Assembly: GCA_041742075.1 (NCBI GenBank)
Contig: JBGSJJ010000016.1
Location: forward strand, 83,128 to 147,127
Reading direction: 5' to 3'
Origin: Minisyncoccia bacterium
GTDB lineage: Bacteria > Patescibacteriota > Minisyncoccia > Phycocordibacterales > UBA918
DNA length: 64,000 nt
Below, one piece after another: positions 1-7,787 of this stretch (position 1 is its first letter; each line of letters opens with the position of its first letter). Position numbers and translations under genes: made by a program. The notes below the pieces were generated by a model. The model was given only the letters and a program-made list of their open reading frames with translations. It had not been told where the DNA came from and did not search any database.

Positions 1-113
1 AAGAAAAGCATGGCGAAATCACTGCTAGTTGGAATCCAAACGTCGTGAGCCCGGTACAACGTGCCAATCCCCCGAGTGAACTCAGTTAAATTGTGATTAG
101 CTTCACATCCCTA

Positions 114-153
114 AAACCTACCTATCATTAATGATAGGTAGGTTTTAATTTTG
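114..153. terminator. Perfect 34-nt hairpin (aaaacctacctatcattaatgataggtaggtttt) flanked by A and T runs; bidirectional rho-independent terminator candidate
   Basis: Inverted repeat read directly in sequence; T-run after, A-run before. Confidence 0.6.
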
Positions 154-206
154 ATTAAAATTAGATTTGTTGTATAGTTCGAAATAGATTCGATAGTGAG
201 GTCACC

Positions 207-785
207 GTGAAAAAAGTCGCTCGAACTGCTCTTCTTGTGTCAGGAAGTGAAGAACGTCACGCAAGACAACAAGTGCTATTCTCAGAGTATCTTGTCAGCA
301 TTGGTGTCGATGTTCGCATGCAAAATTATGCAAAAGCCCAAGTTATACTTGAATCCATTAATTCCGCAGTAACTGATACTCCAGACGATGGGATTCTGCT
401 GATTGCATTTTATGGCCATGGTTCTCCCAAAGGCTGGGAATCAGCATCACGCTTTGGTTCAGTTACCTACCGAAAAATTATTGACGCTATCTCATCAGTG
501 AAGTTGAGGGTTCAGTTTGTTAACACCACCTGCTATGGACATTACTAAATTAAGGAATTAGTTGGCAGAAGATCAGGCCTTATAACAGGAGTTATTACCA
601 CCTGGGAAAGCTACTCAGTGTCTTACGACAATACGATTAGAGATGTCCAAGAAGCTTGGGGAACAAATACTTTGCCAGACAACATGCGACAAATCTTTTC
701 AAGTGAAGAAGTTGATTATGATGCTGAGTTTATGGGAGTGCAACGTTGGGGTGCTATACACGATCAGTATTTTTTCAGGAACTAA
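207..785 (+). pseudogene. Caspase-like (clan CD, peptidase C14/CHAT-like) ORF interrupted by a single in-frame TAA at 546-548; GTG start
   Basis: Strand-HG motif (IAFYGHGS) and strand-Cys motif (VNTTCYG) in caspase order; the same reading frame continues protein-like for 79 codons after the TAA to a TAA at 783-785. Confidence 0.4.
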
Positions 786-789
786 ACTT

Positions 790-1340
790 TTATTATGGGC
801 TTCGTGCCTAGGGCTCACGCATGTGTGGGCCTTTTTCTTTGTTTCAAGGAGTTCGAAACATATTTCCCTAAGCGAGACGCCAAGCGTGTACTCGCCTCGG
901 GAAAGGCTCGTACACTGGGCGTTCGCATAAGAAAAACAGTCTTTGTTTCCCTATTGTAGGACGCTAGCGTATTTTCTCCCTGGTGGGTTGTGTAAAACAA
1001 GGAACGCGGTGACTATGTTTTTCATACATAGAAAATTCTATTCCTAATGGATTTTCTATGCTTCAGGTAGTTCGAGGTGAAGAATCGCCCTGCACGGATA
1101 GTGCAGAGCTCCCGCAGGACGCTAAGCGTGAATGCTCCCTATTGGGTCGCATTTCACGAAGCGTCGGAATTTATGCCCTAGAGGGTATAAGGGAAACATA
1201 TAAATAGCTTTGCTATTTATTGTTTCCCTAAATCCTAAACTCTATAACACCACCATCTTCTCAACAAGTGGGCTATTGTTGAAAATAGCCCTAGAAACCT
1301 TGAGAATCGTCGATTTGCCCGTCTACTAAGCCCACAAATG
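790..1340. repeat. Non-coding region with recurring short motifs (TTTCCCTA; GACGCYAAGCGTG) and several hairpins; only spurious ORFs
   Basis: Motifs at ~863, 946, 1134, 1214 and ~877, 961, 1109; no credible ORF. Confidence 0.4.
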
Positions 1341-1402
1341 CAATTTTCCGGCCTTAGTAGGCGAGCAACCTTTTTGTTGGTTTTCAATGTACCTAAAAAC
1401 AG

Positions 1403-1422
1403 TATACCAAGCGCTTGGTATA
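1403..1422. promoter_or_regulatory. 20-bp perfect palindrome TATACCAAGCGCTTGGTATA; a half-site copy (TATACCAAGCGCT) at 1576-1588 overlaps the start codon of the small ORF, and AGCGCTTGGTAT recurs at 10106-10117
   Basis: Read directly; candidate operator. Confidence 0.45.
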
Positions 1423-1426
1423 AATA

Positions 1427-1591
1427 TCAAGTGCCAGCGGGCTTGGTCTTTCCCCACCGTACCTTGGCTGCCTTTTTACCAATTTCTTTGAAGTGCTTTT
1501 TACCGTACTTCTTTTTGGTAGTAGTGCCACCCTTTTTACCCAGTTCTTGTGCTGCTTTATTCTTCACTTGGATATTATACCAAGCGCTCAT
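1427..1591 (-). CDS. Small lysine-rich KGG-repeat-like stress protein (54 aa; not in supplied ORF track because <60 aa)
   Basis: Manual translation MSAWYNIQVKNKAAQELGKKGGTTTKKKYGKKHFKEIGKKAAKVRWGKTKPAGT; ELGKKGG / EIGKK repeats resemble the KGG stress-protein motif. Confidence 0.35.
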   Translation of the reverse strand: MSAWYNIQVKNKAAQELGKKGGTTTKKKYGKKHFKEIGKKAAKVRWGKTKPAGT

Positions 1592-1606
1592 TATTTTTGA
1601 AATAGG

Positions 1607-2551
1607 TTATTGTCCCCTGAATTTGCGGTATCGTTTTTCTGCTTGCTTTCCGTACATCATTGTATAAATCATCGAGCTTTCAATGCATGAGTGTCCGAGG
1701 ATGTTTGTGACATCAGAGTTTGAACCTCCTTGTTCAATAATATTTCTTCCCATGTAGTGCCTCATTGAGTGAGCGTTCAGTGGCCGTACGAGACCAGCCT
1801 TGTTTGAATATCCTCTAAGCATCTCGCAAACACCGCTTGGCTTGAAACGTAAGCCCCGAGTTTTATTTGTTCCTGAGTTATGTATCGAAATGAAGAGTGC
1901 GTTTGGATCACGCAAGGCATTGGCCTGTTTAAATCTTTCTCTGCGATCAATCCATTTACTGATTGCTTCACTAGTCTCTTTTGTCCAGAATATTTCTCGG
2001 AGGGGTCGGCGAGTTTTCGCTTTCTCAGTTTTAATCAAGGCTTTATTGTTCACCAGATCAAGATCATCCATATCGAGATTCAAGATTTCACCATTTCGTG
2101 CGCCGGTATCCCAGAGTAGTCTAATGATTGCTGTATTTCTGACGTTTCGTGGGTCTGTATTCTTAGGTATGATATCAATCAACTTTTTAAATTCTTCCTT
2201 CGTAGCTACACGAGGAATTTTATATTCCTTTTGCGGAATTGGTATTAAATTTTCATTAAGGACCTTCCATCCTCTCAAATTACAAAATTCAAAAAACTTT
2301 TTATATGCCATGCATTTTGAAATGAAGCTATTGTGAGCCCATCCCATCTCTTTCATCAAATTTAAATATTCCATCATGTCATTAAGCGTGATGTCTTCGA
2401 TATGTGGGTTACGTAGAAACACACTAAAGAGCCGAAGGTCTTTGTCGTTACCTCGGGTAGTAGTGCCATTTATCTTAAACGTGCGCCAGTTTGTGAATTC
2501 GTCTATAGCGTCTTTGAATAGCATAGGGATTTTTCCAACCAAAAAGCCCAC
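1607..2551 (-). CDS. Tyrosine site-specific recombinase / phage integrase
   Basis: C-terminal catalytic region with R..HxxR..Y pattern (LLWDTGARNGE; HSMRHYMG; GHSCIESSMIY); 314 aa. Confidence 0.85.
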   Translation of the reverse strand: MGFLVGKIPMLFKDAIDEFTNWRTFKINGTTTRGNDKDLRLFSVFLRNPHIEDITLNDMMEYLNLMKEMGWAHNSFISKCMAYKKFFEFCNLRGWKVLNENLIPIPQKEYKIPRVATKEEFKKLIDIIPKNTDPRNVRNTAIIRLLWDTGARNGEILNLDMDDLDLVNNKALIKTEKAKTRRPLREIFWTKETSEAISKWIDRRERFKQANALRDPNALFISIHNSGTNKTRGLRFKPSGVCEMLRGYSNKAGLVRPLNAHSMRHYMGRNIIEQGGSNSDVTNILGHSCIESSMIYTMMYGKQAEKRYRKFRGQ

Positions 2552-2588
2552 TCGATGCTACTCTTGTGGACTTTTCAGTGGCGGTTCT

Positions 2589-2675
2589 ATCCTTGCGGAC
2601 AGTTGGCCGTTCCCTAGCTAGGGAGACATTTCCTTGCGGAGATGCCATATACATTCTATCCCTAGCTGGGGACAA
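2589..2675. repeat. Two tandem imperfect ~42-bp units, each TCCTTGCGGA-N-CCCTAGCT(A/G)GGGA (the latter a 12-bp palindrome); candidate integrase arm-type or accessory-factor binding sites next to the att core
   Basis: Read directly; lies between integrase gene and left direct repeat. Confidence 0.4.
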
Positions 2676-2679
2676 AGTC

Positions 2680-2729
2680 CATTGGTAGCATCGGGACCGT
2701 TGCCGGCCCAGATCCCTTTCGGGACAATG
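2680..2729. repeat. Left copy of ~50-bp imperfect direct repeat (CATTGGTAGCATCGGGACCGTTGCCGGCCCAGATCCCTTTCGGGACAATG); candidate attL
   Basis: Matches 37111-37162 at roughly 85% identity with small indels. Confidence 0.6.
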
Positions 2730-2744
2730 GATTCATATTCGGTT

Positions 2745-2768
2745 GCCACTATAATCTATTATAGTGGC
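2745..2768. promoter_or_regulatory. 24-bp palindrome GCCACTATAAT-CT-ATTATAGTGGC just inside the left repeat
   Basis: Read directly. Confidence 0.35.
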
Positions 2769-2858
2769 TGTCTATTGTCAATACCCTTAATGTATGGTCT
2801 AAAGAGTTAGGGAGCATATGAACAAATAAGTCAAGTAAAATAAGGGTATTTAGAAACT

Positions 2859-2899
2859 AAAAAAAAGAAAGTCGCACCACCCAATAGGGCGATGCGACT
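2859..2899 (-). terminator. Rho-independent terminator downstream of the PRTase gene (hairpin AGTCGCA...TGCGACT followed by a T8 run on the minus strand)
   Basis: Read directly. Confidence 0.6.
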
Positions 2900-2921
2900 G
2901 AGTTTTAATAAAGAGCTCAGG

Positions 2922-3923
2922 CTATCCTAGTCTTTTCCTTACTTTTTCCAAGAACACCCTGATCTCCATGTTTTGATCAATTTGCCCAGATTTGGCTCCA
3001 ATTTCGATAGGTATTGAAACCCTTGGGTTAGCCCTTAGAAGCTCCCCTATCGTCATTTTTTGCCCTACACGGCCAAACAGCTCAATACTGGTATCCAGGC
3101 AAAGCCTCGACAATTCTCTAGCTCCCTCAATCGGCAAGCTTGCCCACTCCTCAATCTTGCCGAACGGCAATATGTAGGGATAGGCAGAACTGAAACCCTC
3201 TGCGCTTCGGACCGGCATGAAGCTATTACCAGATGCTTCGCCTAAGACACGTCCGCAGTTGGGGATGAACGGAATGAGATCGTGGTCAGGAATCCAATCA
3301 AGAAGGCTCTCGATTGGATGCACTATGACGAGCTCACCCCTGAAGAACTGACCGAGGACAAACTTTGCCCTTGTACAACAGAACCCGATGACAATCGCCG
3401 TGACTGTGACGCCTCGACTATTGAGCTCATGAAGTACGGACCGAAGTGTGCCGCCGCTGAATGCCCCATCCTCAATGAGGACAACGGAGCGCCCAGCAAA
3501 CTTCTTTGCCAAATCATCATACTGCTTTGCGAGTGGCTTGAAGCCTGGACGAGGACCGTGTCCTATCAACTGACCATCCGCATTGAACAGACGGTTGATG
3601 TTGAGGAGTAAGCCTTCGCTTTTCGGATTCGAGTCGGCAATCTCTGGACATGTGCTGAGGACCGCTTGCTGAGCAAGGTCAGTTATACGGGAATCAACTT
3701 GCTCCCAGATTTTTCGCCTGAGTTCACCCATCTCGATCGTATCGATCATGATGCCTGGAAGAGCCTGCTGTATCTTTTGAAACAGGCTCCTGTGAAAGCG
3801 TTCGAACAATTGGTCATTCGGACGCGGGATTGTGATAGTCTTCGGACGAAACGCCTGAAGACGACTTGCCACGTCATAGGTAACCACGTAGGTCCCATGA
3901 CGATCTGATTCTGTTGAATTCAT
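2922..3923 (-). CDS. Phosphoribosyltransferase (type I PRTase) domain protein with ~130-aa N-terminal extension
   Basis: PRPP-binding motif VVLIEDGAFSGGT; 333 aa; somewhat higher GC than neighbours. Confidence 0.55.
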   Translation of the reverse strand: MNSTESDRHGTYVVTYDVASRLQAFRPKTITIPRPNDQLFERFHRSLFQKIQQALPGIMIDTIEMGELRRKIWEQVDSRITDLAQQAVLSTCPEIADSNPKSEGLLLNINRLFNADGQLIGHGPRPGFKPLAKQYDDLAKKFAGRSVVLIEDGAFSGGTLRSVLHELNSRGVTVTAIVIGFCCTRAKFVLGQFFRGELVIVHPIESLLDWIPDHDLIPFIPNCGRVLGEASGNSFMPVRSAEGFSSAYPYILPFGKIEEWASLPIEGARELSRLCLDTSIELFGRVGQKMTIGELLRANPRVSIPIEIGAKSGQIDQNMEIRVFLEKVRKRLG

Positions 3924-4035
3924 GAGACATCCTTGTTTTTTGTTTATGAAAAAGAACGGGCACTAGCCCGCTTTTATTTTATCTTTTATGCATTCAACTT
4001 GCTACTTTTTTCTTTATAAAAACTTTAGCTTTTCT

Positions 4036-4359
4036 TTAATTATTCTTGAGACGATCAATCAACATTTTGTAGCCTCCACAACCCTCTTTCAACCATCGAT
4101 TTATTTTTGCGATCGTGTTCGGAGAAACCATCTCATCACCAGCCCACTTTTCTTGGATCTGAGTGAATGACATACCCGAATCAAGCATTTTTGCTACCTC
4201 CCATCGCATTGCAAACTCTCGCAAGTCACGCTCACTCATAAGGTCGCGGAAGAATGCTTTCAGTTCATCCTCATTTTTCAACGACAAGAACGCCTTGATT
4301 AAGTCAGGTGATTTTTGTTCTATTTCTTTCCAAATGTTATTTTTTTCTTGATCGTCCAT
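4036..4359 (-). CDS. YerC/YecD-like TrpR-fold protein
   Basis: Pattern F..DL....E...L..R..VAKML..G.....I.......S..TI.R..RWL..G..GY.ML.DRL matching the YerC family. Confidence 0.55.
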   Translation of the reverse strand: MDDQEKNNIWKEIEQKSPDLIKAFLSLKNEDELKAFFRDLMSERDLREFAMRWEVAKMLDSGMSFTQIQEKWAGDEMVSPNTIAKINRWLKEGCGGYKMLIDRLKNN

Positions 4360-4401
4360 ATTTATCTGATTATACCACTTTTGAGTGAATCTAGGGAGTT
4401 T

Positions 4402-4812
4402 TTACTTTTTCTGTTCTATAAGCCAATCCAATGCTTCATAGATCGCATATTGGTTCTCTCTCGTGTTCATGTGGTACAGCGAATCGGTCTTATTATTTTT
4501 CTCTAAAGCAATGAGTTCTGATGCCATAGGCGAGTCGTCAAACCATACAAAATCTTCACTCATATCAATTGCATCAGTTTTCAAAACATCCCAATCCGTT
4601 GCTTTGATTTTTGTTGCAAGATCTATAGTATCTTGCACAACGTTGTTTCTTCTTAAAGAGTTCAAAGCACCCTCTGAATCACCTTTGCAATGGGTTGTTA
4701 GCCAGTAACAATCGTGGTGCTGAATCACGTATTCTAAAAATTCATGTAAACCCTTTGCTGGCACACTATTTTGACCGAGTAATGTTCCGTCTATGTCTAG
4801 GTAAATTTTCAT
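4402..4812 (-). CDS. Small HAD-superfamily hydrolase-like protein
   Basis: N-terminal DIDGTL motif I; 136 aa. Confidence 0.45.
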   Translation of the reverse strand: MKIYLDIDGTLLGQNSVPAKGLHEFLEYVIQHHDCYWLTTHCKGDSEGALNSLRRNNVVQDTIDLATKIKATDWDVLKTDAIDMSEDFVWFDDSPMASELIALEKNNKTDSLYHMNTRENQYAIYEALDWLIEQKK

Positions 4813-4832
4813 TTATAATTAGTTTCATTTTA

Positions 4833-5237
4833 TTATTCCATATGTAAATAAATCTTTTGTTCTCTAATCTTTGAAGCCTCAGCGAGGGCAGAGGCTATCT
4901 CGTCCTTATGCAGACGGACCATTTCGTTGGGTACATGCATTGTGTCGTATCCATTCTTGTGGGAATAGTAACCTCTACTCAAATCGGATACGATTTGGTT
5001 TGGATCAGTCAAATGCTGAATTCCATCAACCTCAATATTTAATTTTGCCTTCGGAATTGCTAGATCAATGTGTTTGTGACCGTCATGGAGCTCAATTAAA
5101 ACTCTCACACCCTTTTCTTCAAGTGCTTGTTTTAAATCTGTAGCTTCCTTGGTTGGATTACGATATTTTTTTATTATTTTTATTTTATCTTCTGTATTCA
5201 TTTGTTTTATTTTACCAGCAAATGTCGGCTTTCTCAC
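4833..5237 (-). CDS. DUF559 / Vsr-like endonuclease domain protein
   Basis: Motif HIDLAIPKAKLNIEVDGIQH typical of DUF559. Confidence 0.5.
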   Translation of the reverse strand: MRKPTFAGKIKQMNTEDKIKIIKKYRNPTKEATDLKQALEEKGVRVLIELHDGHKHIDLAIPKAKLNIEVDGIQHLTDPNQIVSDLSRGYYSHKNGYDTMHVPNEMVRLHKDEIASALAEASKIREQKIYLHME

Positions 5238-6090
5238 CTATTTTTTCTTCAACATATTTTTTAACTTCTAGAAACCCACCAATCTCGTCTATAAGTCCGA
5301 GCTCCTTTGCTTTTTCCCCAAGAACAGAAGACCCATCTGCTATCGATCGAACCCTATGAATTGGGATATTTCTACTTTCAGCAATGTCTTGAATAAAGTT
5401 TTCGTGAACAATTTTTAGATCTCTCACTATGATAGCTTTTTCTTCTTCAGTGAGTAGTTTGTCTGGACTGCCCGCATCTTTATACTTACCCGCACTCAAT
5501 TGTACATACTTCACGCCATCTTTTTCATTCTTTGCTACATTTTCCAGGTAGGAGATTGTGACGCCGATACTCCCTACGTCAGAATTCTTTGACGCAAATA
5601 TTTTATCAGCCGTAATGATAGACCAGTATGCGGCAGATGTTCCACTTTGTCTGATAAAAGCAACAACAGGTTTTGAAACTGATTGAATAGTTTTTGCAAT
5701 TTCTTCACCTGCTACAGGATATCCGCCCACTGAGTCTACCTCGATAATAACTGCTTTGATCGCTTCATCCTCATCGGCAGATATCAATGCTGACATAATT
5801 TCCTCACTACCAACCACATCTTTGTCGCTCATCAATTCATCATCATTTGATTCAGGTACATATGTATAAAGATCTCCATGAAGATTAATGCCTAGCACAT
5901 TACAGCTACTTGTATCACTCTCTGCATATCCAGAATCGTCACCGTAAGTGACTGATCCTTTGGTGATAGCATCGTATGCGTAATTACTTCCGATACTTAG
6001 AATAAAAAATATTAGCAAAATACCGACTGCATAAAACTTTAGTCGGTGTTTTGTAACAAATTCAAGTGCTTTTTTTTCTGAGTGGTTCAT
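5212..6090 (-). CDS. sppA: Signal peptide peptidase SppA (S49 family, 36K type) with N-terminal TM helix
   Basis: VIIEVDSVGGYPVAGEEIAKTI...SGTSAAYWSI...DVGSIGV motifs. Confidence 0.75.
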   Translation of the reverse strand: MNHSEKKALEFVTKHRLKFYAVGILLIFFILSIGSNYAYDAITKGSVTYGDDSGYAESDTSSCNVLGINLHGDLYTYVPESNDDELMSDKDVVGSEEIMSALISADEDEAIKAVIIEVDSVGGYPVAGEEIAKTIQSVSKPVVAFIRQSGTSAAYWSIITADKIFASKNSDVGSIGVTISYLENVAKNEKDGVKYVQLSAGKYKDAGSPDKLLTEEEKAIIVRDLKIVHENFIQDIAESRNIPIHRVRSIADGSSVLGEKAKELGLIDEIGGFLEVKKYVEEKIGEKADICW

Positions 6091-6281
6091 GTGTCAATAT
6101 TTTATCACTTTTACATTTCTTCCGCTATTTCGGCAGCTTCGTCCTCGTCAAGACCTTCCTGATCCATAATCTCCTTTATTTTTTCAGCATCCTCAATATC
6201 CACTCCCTGATTTTCAGCTATTTCTTCAATCTCTTTTACTTCTTCTGGATCTTTGTCATCAAACATAAGTTTATTGATTAC

Positions 6282-7787
6282 CTATAATATATTTAACAGT
6301 CGCTTAAAAATCGCATACATTGCGTAGGTATCTAGATTACAGTAAATCTTGAGCGCATTGATGAGTTCAGTTGCTTCTTCCTTTGAATACTTGCCGTCTA
6401 CTATTTTCTTCCATGCCTGAGATGCCGTACCACCTTCTTTGATCAAAAGTTCTTTATATGAAAGCTCCGGCACAAGAACAGGAAGAACCTTTTTAATTGA
6501 GCTACTACCTTTAAAATCCTTATGCACATAATATTGCTTTGAAAATATTTCCATGAGATCGAAAACTCTCGCATTTATTTCTTCAAAGAAAGCCTTATAC
6601 TCTGGCAGTCTTATTCCCATTTCCGTATTTCTTGATTTTTCAAAAGGCTTATACCACACGATCACACTTCCTTTAGGACCGATTTGGGATTGAAGAGACT
6701 TTGCTAATGCAGGGCAAGGATCACCGGATTCGGTGTAGATAAAATCAAAACTTTGAGGCGCCGCACCAGGTGTTTGAACAATTTGAAGTGAATATTGAAA
6801 TGGTATTTGATCATACGATGAGTAACCATCAAACAACGGGATTGCTGATGGAAATGTTTCGTAATCCAGAAAATAAAGCGGGTATTCCAGTTTATCGAAC
6901 TCATCCGCAATCATGTCTTTTTTAATGAGTACCCGGTCTCTTATGTGTGTATCGATCTGATTTTGCTGTGATTCACTGAAAACAATCCTTCCATCTGCCT
7001 CATGAATGTGAAATACGTTACCATCGATAAGTTCCATCAGTTTCTTTTTGCTGCTACCTATTCGGTTTAAGTCGTGTACCGAATATTCTGGAATATGAGG
7101 GTTATTATGTTTAAATGTAGAGCAATGGCTACTTCTTCCTTTGTAAACGCAACAGCAAGGACCATTGGGCTCATTCTCAGAAGACAGATATTTTAAAGCG
7201 ATATTCATTTCATCCCACACTACAGAGATCATGTCTGCTATTACCTCACTCACTTCGTCTATTGAAAAAAGCTTTATGATATCTAGTTCCCCATTCCTCA
7301 CATACTCCTTATTGAGATGCAGAAGGTTGATACCTGTCACTCTTACCCCACACTTGTGTAGTAAAGCTACTTGAAATGCGAGGTCATAAAGATGAACTTT
7401 CTCACCCACTTCATTCGTAGCCTTGATCTCATATATTTGATAACCGTCATTTTCTGGATCGTATTTGAGTACATCGACCGCTGCGAGAAATCCATCTTTA
7501 ACGAAGATGGGCTGGAAAATAGTTTGACCCTTCTTGGCGACAAGATCGAGAGTATCAAGTCGAGCTTTCTCATCTCTGCCTTCTATAAGCACACCGCTTG
7601 GAAAGAGCTCACGGGCCACAAGCTCAACCTCGTTACCAGTTTCAATGATATGCTTTTCGAATTCGGAAAGTTCAGTTGCATAGTAAATATCCGGCTTGTG
7701 AATTTTCATCCAAGCATTCTTTGGGCATTCTCTATAAAGTATGTAATCAGTTTTTGATAGCGTCATATGGTTAGGCCGAAGGGTCAC
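6282..7787 (-). CDS. DUF2779-like predicted PD-(D/E)xK nuclease with central Cys cluster (CCCVYKGRSSHC)
   Basis: N-terminal SKTDYILYRECPKNAWMK signature; D...EIK catalytic motif (AVDVL...YEIKATN); overlaps upstream ATPase gene by 17 nt. Confidence 0.5.
   Translation of the reverse strand: MTLRPNHMTLSKTDYILYRECPKNAWMKIHKPDIYYATELSEFEKHIIETGNEVELVARELFPSGVLIEGRDEKARLDTLDLVAKKGQTIFQPIFVKDGFLAAVDVLKYDPENDGYQIYEIKATNEVGEKVHLYDLAFQVALLHKCGVRVTGINLLHLNKEYVRNGELDIIKLFSIDEVSEVIADMISVVWDEMNIALKYLSSENEPNGPCCCVYKGRSSHCSTFKHNNPHIPEYSVHDLNRIGSSKKKLMELIDGNVFHIHEADGRIVFSESQQNQIDTHIRDRVLIKKDMIADEFDKLEYPLYFLDYETFPSAIPLFDGYSSYDQIPFQYSLQIVQTPGAAPQSFDFIYTESGDPCPALAKSLQSQIGPKGSVIVWYKPFEKSRNTEMGIRLPEYKAFFEEINARVFDLMEIFSKQYYVHKDFKGSSSIKKVLPVLVPELSYKELLIKEGGTASQAWKKIVDGKYSKEEATELINALKIYCNLDTYAMYAIFKRLLNIL

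Noticed and set aside
643-930. 95-aa plus-strand ORF after the caspase-like gene
   Set aside because: Out of frame relative to the protein-like continuation of the caspase ORF and hydrophobic/low-complexity; likely spurious
1800-2336. Plus-strand ORFs antisense to the integrase gene
   Set aside because: Antisense to a strongly supported tyrosine recombinase; hydrophobic junk-like translation
2555-2760. tRNA gene at the integration site
   Set aside because: No cloverleaf-compatible sequence or T-loop (GTTCRANYC) found; the repeat instead overlaps the 5' end of a protein-coding gene
5212-6090. SppA considered as phage prohead protease (lambda gpC is S49 family)
   Set aside because: Has an N-terminal membrane anchor like cellular 36K SppA and is located far from the head genes
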